Source: Bacteroidota bacterium (GTDB lineage: Bacteria > Bacteroidota > Bacteroidia > Chitinophagales > JADIYW01). Taken from it: 64,000 nucleotides of DNA. The notes under the pieces were generated by a model. That model did no database searches and was not told where the DNA came from. It worked only from the letters and a program-made list of their open reading frames with translations. Position numbers and translations under genes: made by a program. The stretch is taken from positions 11,051-75,050 of the forward strand of contig JAGQYE010000024.1 in the NCBI GenBank assembly GCA_020436225.1, given 5' to 3'. Positions 18,915 to 27,400 of the stretch are shown here, piece after piece. The first letter of the stretch is position 1, and each line of letters starts with the position of its first letter.

Positions 18915-20759
18915 TTACAATTGTTGCAAATCCACCATTTTTTTGTATTCTCCAGCTAAATTCATCAAGGTTTGATGTGTACCTTTTTCTACAATTTCAC
19001 CATCACGCAATACAATAATTTCATCGGCAAATTGTACTGTAGATAAACGATGCGCAATGATAATGGCTGTTTTATCTTTCAATAAATTTTGCAAAGCATC
19101 TTGTACCAATTTTTCTGCATTACTATCAAGATGTGATGTGGCTTCATCTAAAATAAGAATCGGAGCATCTTTGTATATCGCTCGAGCTATAGCCAAACGT
19201 TGTTGCTCACCACCACTCAACTTAATACCGTTGTCGCCAATATTTTCTTCGTATTTGTTCGGTAAATGTTGAATGAAAATATCGGCATAAGCTTGTTTGG
19301 AAGCTTCAATAATTTTTTCTTCAACTACTTCTTTACCAAGTGCAATATTGTTTTTTACTGAATCGTTGAACAAAATAGTTTGTTGAGTAACTAATGCCAT
19401 TAGGTTGCGCAAATCACGTTGAGTTAGTTGTCTAATGTCGTTGCCATCAATTTTTATAGAACCATTTGTTACATCAAAAAAGCGCATTAATAATTGTATA
19501 AAAGTTGACTTTCCTGCTCCTGAAATACCAACAATAGCCAACTTTTTACCTTTCTCCAAAATCAAATTAATATTCTTCAATACTAATTTATCTTGATAAG
19601 CAAAAGATACATTTTCCCATTGTATTTGTCGGGTAAAATGGCTTATTGCAACAGATTGTTCAATATCATTTATTTTATTTTCTGTTTGTAATATATCCTC
19701 AATTCTTTTTAAAGAAGCAATTCCTTTTTGAATAAAATAAAAAGCGTTAGAAAATGCTTTTGCCGGTTGGATGATTTGTGAAAAAATAACGATAAATGCA
19801 ATAAATACTTGAACACTTAACGATGAACTTTGATGGATAATCATCTTTCCACCAAAAAATAAAACCACCACCACCACGCAAACACCTAAAAATTCCGACA
19901 ATGGCGATGCTAAATCACGCTTGCGAATCATAGCTGTTCCAATACGATTATGTTCTTGATTTAAGTGCTTAAATTTTTCTGATGAAATTTTTTCTGCCGT
20001 AAATGATTTTATAATTCTGATTCCGGAAATAGTTTCATCTGCCAATGAATTCAGAGTGCTTTGTAAGGTTTGTGCTTTAGATGATGCATTCTTTAATGAT
20101 TTACTTATTCGTCCAATGATATAACCGGAAATCGGCAAAATCAACAAAACAAATAGCGTCAACTTCGGACTCAAAATAAACATCGTTATTAAAGTTGCCA
20201 AAATGGTTATTGGCTCTTTGAATGCCACTTCTAAAAAATGCAGAATGCCATATTCTACTTCTTGTACGTCGTTCGTTAAGTGCGTCAAGATATCGCCTTT
20301 TCGTTTCTCCGAAAAATATTGAACATGCAACTGCAATACTTTATCATATAATTGTTGCCTGATATTACTGGCAATGCCGGTGCGCATAGATGCTAAAAAA
20401 TGCAAAGCCAAATACCTGAAAATATTTTTTAAAAGAAAAACGAGTGCTGTAAAAATGCAAATAAATAAAAGTGCTTTAATCTTTCCGGCTTCAATGGTTG
20501 AGCTACTTTGAATGTAAGCCAAAATTTTATTATTAAAAGTTGAGCCGATAAATGCCTTCAAATTCCAAAATGAAAACGATGTTGTTTGCGTAGTTTTTTG
20601 TGCAATCTTATCAGCATTCAAAACTAAATTCAAAAATGGAATTAACATCAAAAAAGAAAAAACAGAAAAAACAGCTGACAGAATATTGAAAAAAATGTTT
20701 AACAAAACATTTGGAATGTATGGCCGGCAATAGCGTAATAAACTACGTAAATCGTGCAT
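18915..20759 (-). CDS. ABC exporter, fused permease-ATPase (MsbA/lipid A export-like)
   Basis: 614 aa with six N-terminal TM helices, Walker A GISGAGKST, signature LSGGEQQR and Walker B ILILDEAT. Confidence 0.9.
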   Translation of the reverse strand: MHDLRSLLRYCRPYIPNVLLNIFFNILSAVFSVFSFLMLIPFLNLVLNADKIAQKTTQTTSFSFWNLKAFIGSTFNNKILAYIQSSSTIEAGKIKALLFICIFTALVFLLKNIFRYLALHFLASMRTGIASNIRQQLYDKVLQLHVQYFSEKRKGDILTHLTNDVQEVEYGILHFLEVAFKEPITILATLITMFILSPKLTLFVLLILPISGYIIGRISKSLKNASSKAQTLQSTLNSLADETISGIRIIKSFTAEKISSEKFKHLNQEHNRIGTAMIRKRDLASPLSEFLGVCVVVVVLFFGGKMIIHQSSSLSVQVFIAFIVIFSQIIQPAKAFSNAFYFIQKGIASLKRIEDILQTENKINDIEQSVAISHFTRQIQWENVSFAYQDKLVLKNINLILEKGKKLAIVGISGAGKSTFIQLLMRFFDVTNGSIKIDGNDIRQLTQRDLRNLMALVTQQTILFNDSVKNNIALGKEVVEEKIIEASKQAYADIFIQHLPNKYEENIGDNGIKLSGGEQQRLAIARAIYKDAPILILDEATSHLDSNAEKLVQDALQNLLKDKTAIIIAHRLSTVQFADEIIVLRDGEIVEKGTHQTLMNLAGEYKKMVDLQQL

Positions 20760-20766
20760 AGAATAG

Positions 20767-20774
20767 CAAAGATA
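20767..20774 (-). promoter_or_regulatory. -7 box TATCTTTG, 7 nt upstream of the ABC exporter ATG
   Basis: Minus strand reads TATCTTTG CTATTCT ATG. Confidence 0.45.
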
Positions 20775-20779
20775 TTATT

Positions 20780-20787
20780 TACTTTTG
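20780..20787 (+). promoter_or_regulatory. -7 box TACTTTTG, 4 nt upstream of the rbfA ATG
   Basis: Plus strand reads TACTTTTG TTTT ATG. Confidence 0.45.
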
Positions 20788-20791
20788 TTTT

Positions 20792-21190
20792 ATGGAATCT
20801 ATTAAGCAACGACAAGTAGCCAAACTGATACAGATTGCAATGAGCGAATTGGCACAAAAAGAAATCAGCACAATTTTAGAAGGCGCCATGCTCACCGTTT
20901 CCGGAGTAAGGATTACACCGGATTTATTTACAGTAAGAATTTATGTCAGCATTTATAATCATCCAAAACCGGAAGAAATTCTACATAATTTAGATAAGAA
21001 CAACAAGCTTATTCGCGGATTATTAGGCAATAAAATCAAAAACAAAGTGCGTTCCATTCCACAATTAGAATTTTTTAAAGATGATACATTGGAAGACGTA
21101 CAACAATTGGAGCGAATTTTTGACGAAATAAAAAAGAAAGATGCCGAAATTGAAAAACTGAGAGATAAAAATAGTGAGGAAGCAGATTAA
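20792..21190 (+). CDS. rbfA: Ribosome-binding factor A
   Basis: 132 aa. MESIKQRQVAKLIQIAMSEL...VSGVRITPDLFTVRIYVS pattern of RbfA. Confidence 0.88.
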   Translation: MESIKQRQVAKLIQIAMSELAQKEISTILEGAMLTVSGVRITPDLFTVRIYVSIYNHPKPEEILHNLDKNNKLIRGLLGNKIKNKVRSIPQLEFFKDDTLEDVQQLERIFDEIKKKDAEIEKLRDKNSEEAD

Positions 21191-21233
21191 AACAATCTCT
21201 AACCAAAATATAAAATGTGATAAAGATTAGTTG

Positions 21234-22472
21234 ATGAACCTCGAACTCAAGATTGCCAAACGCTATTTATTCAGCAAGAAATCAACAAATGCCATTAACA
21301 TCATTTCCCTGATAAGTGGGTTGGCGATGTTGTTTGGCACGATGGCACTTATCTTAGTTTTGTCTGTTTTTAATGGATTAGAAGGCTTAATAAAATCACT
21401 TTATACTGTTTTTTATGCCGATGTTTCTATTTCTGCAAACGAAGGAAAATCATTTGAAATTACGCATGAACTCAGGCAAAAATTAAATGCTGTTTCTTAT
21501 ATCGATGCCTATAGTTTTGTGTTGGAAGAAAACGCTTTGTTAGAGTATAACGATAAACAATTTATTTGCACTATAAAAGGCGTAGACGAAAATTATTTTA
21601 AAGTAATACCAAAGTTTGACACGTTTATGGTAGATGGAAAAAAAATACTGCAAAGAGACAGTATTCCGTTTGCCATTGTAGGCATTGGTGTAGCACTTAA
21701 ATTAGGTTTAAATGCTTCCCAATCGTTTATTCCTCTTACCATTTATATGCCGAAAAAAACCTCGAGTTCTTTTGCAACAATGGAAAATGCGTTTAATAAA
21801 AGTTATATCAATACAAGTGGTGCTTTTGCAGTTTCTGACGAATTCGATTCAAAATATACTATCGTACCGTTTCGCTATTTTCAACAACTTACAGAAAACG
21901 ACAATCGCGCTTCAGAAATTGTAATTCGATTAAAAAATACACATCAAACCAACAATGCAATTACGCAACTGAAACAAACATTAGGAAAAGATTTTTCTGT
22001 AAAAAGCAGATATGAACAAAATGAAGTGCTTTATAAAATTTTGAAAAGTGAAAAATGGATTACGTTTGCGATTTTATTATTCATCATGATAATTGCATCA
22101 TTTAATATTATTGGCGCATTGTCGATGTTGGTTTTAGAAAAAAAGAAAGATATTGCTACGCTTACTGCGCTGGGTTTACAAAGAAAAAGCATTCTTAAAA
22201 TATTTATGTTAGAAGGTATGTTGATGTCCTGCTTAGGTGCAGCTATCGGAATGATTTTGGCATTAATACTATGTATTTTACAAGATAAAGTTGGCATTAT
22301 TCCAATGCCCGGAACTTCATTCTTGGTTAGTTATTATCCTGTAAAAATGGAAATTACCGACTTTATTGCCGTGGCTTTTGTTGTTATTATTATCAGTTTA
22401 TTGGCAGCCTATTTACCGGCAAAAAAAGCCGGCAATGCTGTTGAAAATGAATACTTAAATTATTTATCCTAA
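21234..22472 (+). CDS. FtsX-like ABC transporter permease (LolC/E-like)
   Basis: MNLELKIAKRYLFSKKSTNAINIIS N-terminus, a large periplasmic loop and three C-terminal TM helices. ATG at 21234 immediately follows the track TTG. Confidence 0.85.
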   Translation: MNLELKIAKRYLFSKKSTNAINIISLISGLAMLFGTMALILVLSVFNGLEGLIKSLYTVFYADVSISANEGKSFEITHELRQKLNAVSYIDAYSFVLEENALLEYNDKQFICTIKGVDENYFKVIPKFDTFMVDGKKILQRDSIPFAIVGIGVALKLGLNASQSFIPLTIYMPKKTSSSFATMENAFNKSYINTSGAFAVSDEFDSKYTIVPFRYFQQLTENDNRASEIVIRLKNTHQTNNAITQLKQTLGKDFSVKSRYEQNEVLYKILKSEKWITFAILLFIMIIASFNIIGALSMLVLEKKKDIATLTALGLQRKSILKIFMLEGMLMSCLGAAIGMILALILCILQDKVGIIPMPGTSFLVSYYPVKMEITDFIAVAFVVIIISLLAAYLPAKKAGNAVENEYLNYLS

Positions 22473-22497
22473 CACCATTTTCAATCAAGGTTAATAG

Positions 22498-22505
22498 TAT
22501 ATTTG
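22498..22505 (+). promoter_or_regulatory. -7 box TATATTTG
   Basis: Exact TAnnTTTG 14 nt upstream of the ATG at 22520. Confidence 0.45.
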
Positions 22506-22519
22506 TAAAATAATAGCTT

Positions 22520-23071
22520 ATGAAAAAAAATCTTCTCGCAATCTTCCTTCTATTTAGTTTAACGATTGGTATGGCTCAACAAATGGCTTATTCTACAAAG
22601 ATAGAAGAAGCGGTTAATACAACTGGATTTTTATTTAAACAAGAAGTTTTTTCACTCAAGAATATCTCACTTTTTCGAGCCGATGCACTAAAAATTACCA
22701 ACATTGAAACCTTTAAAAGCACATCAGGATTACGCATTATACAATCCATACAAGTAGGCAAAAAACAAGCAACCTTACACAGCTATATAGATGCTCAGGA
22801 AATTGATGGTTTAATAACTGCTTTACAATATATCTCTACTATTTTAAAAAATCCGACGATGCCTTCAAATTATACAGAGATAAAATACAATACATTAAGC
22901 GGTTTTCAAGTAAAACTATATACCATGCTCAACGATCAAGGAAAATTAGCATGGCGATTAACCGTTTGCTCCAAAATCTCTGAACCGGCAAGTTTAAGAG
23001 AAGTACCTTTAAATGAAATTAGTTCCCTACAAGATGTATTCAAACAGGCAAAACAAAAACTGCAAAATTAA
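22520..23071 (+). CDS. Secreted hypothetical protein
   Basis: 183-aa ORF with signal peptide MKKNLLAIFLLFSLTIGMAQQ. No family recognised. Confidence 0.6.
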   Translation: MKKNLLAIFLLFSLTIGMAQQMAYSTKIEEAVNTTGFLFKQEVFSLKNISLFRADALKITNIETFKSTSGLRIIQSIQVGKKQATLHSYIDAQEIDGLITALQYISTILKNPTMPSNYTEIKYNTLSGFQVKLYTMLNDQGKLAWRLTVCSKISEPASLREVPLNEISSLQDVFKQAKQKLQN

Positions 23072-23163
23072 TCGCATTTTATTGCTGTTTTTTTATTAAT
23101 AGAGCAACTTTTCTTTAACAAAAAAATCTCACAAACGGCAATACTTCGCTCATTTCTATTTCC

Positions 23164-23171
23164 TATCTTTG
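23164..23171 (+). promoter_or_regulatory. -7 box TATCTTTG, 3 nt upstream of the guaB ATG
   Basis: TATCTTTG CAT ATG. The track's TTG start (23169) is the TTG of this box. Confidence 0.45.
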
Positions 23172-23174
23172 CAT

Positions 23175-24662
23175 ATGGAAATACAATCTCATTTATCAAC
23201 TACACATAAATTTGCAGGCGAAGGATTAACATTTGACGACGTCTTATTATTGCCGGCTTATTCACAGATTTTACCACGCGAAACAGACTTACGCACACAA
23301 GTAACCAGAAATATCAGCATCAACATTCCGATACTTTCTTCTGCGATGGACACTGTTACAGAAGCCAACTTAGCCATTGCCTTAGCTCGCGAAGGTGGAA
23401 TAGGTGTTTTACATAAAAATATGTCGATAGATGCTCAAGCTGCTGAAGTTAGAAAAGTGAAACGCTCAGAAAGTGGACTAATTACTGACCCAATTACATT
23501 AAACCCGAACATGAAAGTGGCAGAAGCATTTGCTTCTATGTCGGAAAATAAAATCGGTGGCATTCCAATTACAGATGATAACGGCATTTTAGTCGGCATT
23601 TTAACCAACCGCGATTTGCGTTTTTGCAAAGATAAAAATATGTTGATTGGCGAATTGATGACCAAAGAACGCTTAATCACTGCTCCAGAAAAAACGACAT
23701 TAAAAGAAGCTGAAGAAATTTTGCATCAATATAGAATTGAAAAATTACCAATTGTAGATAAAAACAATAAACTCGTTGGGCTTATTACATATAAGGATAT
23801 TTTGAAAGTAAAAAATTATCCAAATTCATCAAAAGACGATTCAGGCAGATTGCGAGTAGCTGCTGCTGTTGGTGTTACTGCCGATATGATGCAACGCATT
23901 GAAGCCTTAGTAAAAGTGGGCGTTGATTTTATCTGCATTGACACTGCACACGGACATTCAGCCGGTGTTCTTTCAGCCGTAAAAAATGCAAAAAACACGT
24001 TCAAACATTTAGATATTGTTGGTGGAAATATAGCAACAGGTGCAGCTGCAAAAGCCTTAGCTGATGCAGGCGCAGATGCTGTAAAAGTAGGCGTTGGTCC
24101 CGGTTCTATTTGTACTACGCGCGTGGTTGCAGGAGTTGGCGTTCCGCAGTTGAGTGCTATCTATGAAGCTTCCATTGCTTTAAAAAATACAGGTATTCCA
24201 ATCATCGGCGATGGTGGTATTCGTTATACAGGTGATATGGTAAAAGCCTTAGCTGCCGGAGCAAATACTGTTATGGCTGGTTCGGTGTTTGCCGGAACAG
24301 AAGAAAGCCCGGGCAAAACAGTCATTTTTGAAGGTCGTAAATTTAAAACTTACCGTGGAATGGGCAGCTTGGAAGCCATGCAAGAAGGCAGTAAAGACAG
24401 GTATTTCCAAGATGTGGAAGAAGATATTAAAAAATTAGTGCCGGAAGGAATTGTCGGTCGCGTGCCATACAAAGGCAATATGAGCGAAATCGTTTATCAA
24501 TTTGTGGGTGGCTTGCGTGCAGGCATGGGTTATTGCGGAGCTAAAGATATTCCAACCTTACAAGCAACGGCACAATTTGTAAAAATTACGGCAGCCGGCG
24601 TAAATGAAAGTCATCCACACGATATTACTATTACCAACGAAGCTCCGAATTATAGCCGATAG
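23175..24662 (+). CDS. guaB: IMP dehydrogenase
   Basis: [14 protein letters not shown], tandem CBS region, catalytic loop GPGSICTTR and GGIRYTGD. Confidence 0.96.
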   Translation: MEIQSHLSTTHKFAGEGLTFDDVLLLPAYSQILPRETDLRTQVTRNISINIPILSSAMDTVTEANLAIALAREGGIGVLHKNMSIDAQAAEVRKVKRSESGLITDPITLNPNMKVAEAFASMSENKIGGIPITDDNGILVGILTNRDLRFCKDKNMLIGELMTKERLITAPEKTTLKEAEEILHQYRIEKLPIVDKNNKLVGLITYKDILKVKNYPNSSKDDSGRLRVAAAVGVTADMMQRIEALVKVGVDFICIDTAHGHSAGVLSAVKNAKNTFKHLDIVGGNIATGAAAKALADAGADAVKVGVGPGSICTTRVVAGVGVPQLSAIYEASIALKNTGIPIIGDGGIRYTGDMVKALAAGANTVMAGSVFAGTEESPGKTVIFEGRKFKTYRGMGSLEAMQEGSKDRYFQDVEEDIKKLVPEGIVGRVPYKGNMSEIVYQFVGGLRAGMGYCGAKDIPTLQATAQFVKITAAGVNESHPHDITITNEAPNYSR

Positions 24663-24671
24663 TTTTTTTGA

Positions 24672-24699
24672 GTAGTAAGTATTGAGTAGTAGGTAGTAA
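24672..24699. repeat. Period-7 tandem array GTAGTAA GTATTGA GTAGTAG GTAGTAA
   Basis: Starts 10 nt after the guaB stop. Followed by a weak AT hairpin (24701..24726). Confidence 0.7.
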
Positions 24700-24878
24700 G
24701 ATTTCTTTAAATAAGAAAGAAATTTTATGTTTAAATAAACAGACTTTGTATTCTTAGTGTCTTAGTGGTAAAAACTAAATAAAAATAAACAAACATAAAT
24801 TAGAAATTCAAACTATTAATAAATACTGATATTTTGAAGCTTTAATTATAAAATGAAAATAAATGAGCATAAATTATT

Positions 24879-24925
24879 GTGAGTGATTAGTGAGTAGTAA
24901 TTAGTTTTTTAGTAGAAAGTAGAAA
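24879..24925. repeat. Degenerate period-7 array built on the same TAGT/GAGTAGTA word (GTGAGTG ATTAGTG AGTAGTA ATTAGTT ...)
   Basis: Lies about 45 nt beyond the GT2 stop (24969), at the other end of the same 306-nt convergent spacer. Confidence 0.55.
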
Positions 24926-24968
24926 AAAATTTCAAATGAATTCATTATTACATTACTGCATTATTTCA

Positions 24969-26594
24969 TTAAAAAAACTTCCACCATGGATTTTTTTTAT
25001 TTAAGTCGATATCAAAAGTATAAACCTCGCCAATAGTATTTTTAGAAGAGCTACTGATAATCGTTTTATTTTGTGTTACTAATCTAAACACAATAGGTAT
25101 TTTTATTTTTGACATCGTTTCAATGATAAATTGCGTTGTAATTTCGTCCGTAGAAAATAAAATTTCGTCTGGCTTATAAGCCTCCACAATATCTTGTAAT
25201 TGCTCGATTGTGCCTAAATTATGTTTAGATAAAATGCCATTATGCAACGATACATAACCCAGGTATTCGTATTTATTTTGTGTTTGAGAAAAGTAAGTAA
25301 CAATGGCATTTGCATTTTGCTCATTAGCAATAATTAAATAGCGTTTCTTGATGTTTAAATAGGCATTGAGTGAATTATTTTGCCAATGATATAAAATTCT
25401 ATAGCTTGATAAAATCAACAAATTAGAAAGAAAACCAAATAGGATAATTCCACGGGAAGTACGTAAAGAATTTGGAAAAAAAGCATAGCAAACAGCAATC
25501 AGCAAAGTTCCTATCAATTGAGATAATACTAATTGCTTCCATTTATGTTGTCGTTTATAAACACGCAAAACCAACATCGACAAAAACCAAATAGCAACAT
25601 AAATTGGAATATTAAAATAAAAGAAAGTAGATGGAAAAATAAGATGTTCCGATACTTTTACTACATTTTCCCAAAATAAATGCCAAGTGTAAAGTATGCT
25701 GCACATACAAGTTATATCTAATATAGGCAAGCCAAATGGTTGCAAGACACGTTGAATAACTGCCAACAATGCTCGCATAAAAATGGCAAACTGCAACAAA
25801 ATTTTCAACACTTTCCCTTTCGTTCCGGAGATATGTTTATCACAGAAAATAATCATTGCCCGATAGAAAGTCTTGATATAATTTAAGCTGCCTTTTTTGG
25901 TGCTTTCGCCTTTGAAATGAATAATAGATGTATCGGCAAAATAGTAGTTTATAAAACCTGCTTTGCGTATGCAATACGATAAGTCGATATCTTCGCCATA
26001 CATAAAATAATCTTCATCCAACAAACCAACTTTATCTAAAACAGTTTTTCGCAATAGCATAAATGCACCACTCAACACATCAACTTCATGTGACTGCGAT
26101 TTATCTAAATAAGTTAGGTGATATTGACCAAGAATTTTGGATGAAGGAAATAATTTTGCCAAGCCGCTCATCTTAGCAAAAGCTGCTATTGGTGATGGAA
26201 ATCCGCGTTTTGATTCCGGCAAAAAGTTGCCTGCACCATCGACCATTTTTACGCCCAAACCACCAATGTTTTGGTTACTTTCCATCTTATTGATACATTT
26301 TTGAAGTGTATCTTCTTGTATAATCGTGTCAGGATTAAGCAACAAAACATAATCGCCTTTTGCTTGTCTTATTGCTTGATTATTGGCTTTAGAGAATCCA
26401 ACATTTTCTTGATTGGCAATAACATTTACACTTGGAAATTTTTGTGCCAACATTTTTAAAGATTCATCTTTGGAGTGATTATCTACCACAAAAATCTCAT
26501 ACGGAAAATCAACCTTAGATTTATAAACAGATGCGATAGTTTGCTCTAAAAAATAGCGCACATTATAATTGACTATGACGATGGATAATTTCAA
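24969..26594 (-). CDS. Family 2 glycosyltransferase fused to a multi-TM region and a C-terminal Rossmann-like domain
   Basis: MKLSIVIVNYN...DNHSKD...LLLNPD GT2 motifs (aa 1-230), about 5 TM helices (aa 255-400) and a C-terminal soluble domain of about 140 aa. TTG start. Confidence 0.85.
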   Translation of the reverse strand: MKLSIVIVNYNVRYFLEQTIASVYKSKVDFPYEIFVVDNHSKDESLKMLAQKFPSVNVIANQENVGFSKANNQAIRQAKGDYVLLLNPDTIIQEDTLQKCINKMESNQNIGGLGVKMVDGAGNFLPESKRGFPSPIAAFAKMSGLAKLFPSSKILGQYHLTYLDKSQSHEVDVLSGAFMLLRKTVLDKVGLLDEDYFMYGEDIDLSYCIRKAGFINYYFADTSIIHFKGESTKKGSLNYIKTFYRAMIIFCDKHISGTKGKVLKILLQFAIFMRALLAVIQRVLQPFGLPILDITCMCSILYTWHLFWENVVKVSEHLIFPSTFFYFNIPIYVAIWFLSMLVLRVYKRQHKWKQLVLSQLIGTLLIAVCYAFFPNSLRTSRGIILFGFLSNLLILSSYRILYHWQNNSLNAYLNIKKRYLIIANEQNANAIVTYFSQTQNKYEYLGYVSLHNGILSKHNLGTIEQLQDIVEAYKPDEILFSTDEITTQFIIETMSKIKIPIVFRLVTQNKTIISSSSKNTIGEVYTFDIDLNKKNPWWKFF

Positions 26595-26657
26595 ATTCGA
26601 ATTAAATTATTTCATGTGTAATATTCATCTATAACAATATTTCTATGTAGTTTATTT

Positions 26658-27275
26658 CTATTTTGATAAATAATTCTCATAAGGCAAGCGCGATTGAATA
26701 GAACGTGCCAAAGTAATTTCATCTACATATTCTAACTCACCACCAAAGGCAATACCACGTGCGATTGAAGTGATTTTAACCTCGTATTTATTCAGCAATT
26801 TAGAGATGTAAAAAATAGTAGTATCGCCGTCTATTGTTGGATTTAATGCCATAATAATTTCTTGGATTTGATCATTTTTTACGCGTTCTTCCAATGTCTG
26901 AATGTTCAATTTATCCGGACCGATGCCGTCAATCGGTGAAATTAAACCGCCTAAAACATGATACGAACCATTGTAATGTCTGGTGTTTTCAACAGCAATA
27001 ATATCTCTGAAATTCTCAACTACACAAATTACTTTTTTATCTCTGTAACTATTAGTGCAAATACTGCACAAATCATCATCAGACAGATTATGACAAGTAT
27101 TACAGAATTTTATATCTGTTCTCATTTTTAAAATAGCATCTGAAATATGCTTTGTATCTTCGAGTTCTTTCTGCAAAAGATGCATCACTAAACGCAAGGC
27201 TGTTTTCTTGCCTATGCCTGGTAAAGTAGCAAATGCATTCACAGCATCTTCTATTAATTTAGATGGAAATTGCAT
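26658..27275 (-). CDS. recR: Recombination protein RecR
   Basis: LPGIGKKTALRL HhH motif, C4 zinc finger CNTCHNLSDDDLCSIC and a Toprim region. Confidence 0.95.
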   Translation of the reverse strand: MQFPSKLIEDAVNAFATLPGIGKKTALRLVMHLLQKELEDTKHISDAILKMRTDIKFCNTCHNLSDDDLCSICTNSYRDKKVICVVENFRDIIAVENTRHYNGSYHVLGGLISPIDGIGPDKLNIQTLEERVKNDQIQEIIMALNPTIDGDTTIFYISKLLNKYEVKITSIARGIAFGGELEYVDEITLARSIQSRLPYENYLSK

Positions 27276-27283
27276 GCCTAAAG

Positions 27284-27325
27284 ATAATTAATAGTCGATA
27301 GTCAATAGACAATAGTGGATAGTTT
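27284..27325. repeat. Period-7 tandem array ATAATTA ATAGTCG ATAGTCA ATAGACA ATAGTGG ATAGTTT
   Basis: Read directly in the divergent recR/symporter spacer. It starts 9 nt upstream of the recR ATG. Confidence 0.8.
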
Positions 27326-27350
27326 TTTTAGAGAATTTAGAATATCTGAT

Positions 27351-27358
27351 TACATTTG
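27351..27358 (+). promoter_or_regulatory. -7 box TACATTTG
   Basis: Exact TAnnTTTG 42 nt upstream of the ATG at 27401. The track TTG start (27356) lies inside it. Confidence 0.45.
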
Positions 27359-27400
27359 ATTTTATTAACTTCATTCCAATTTAAAAATTTTAATGTATAT

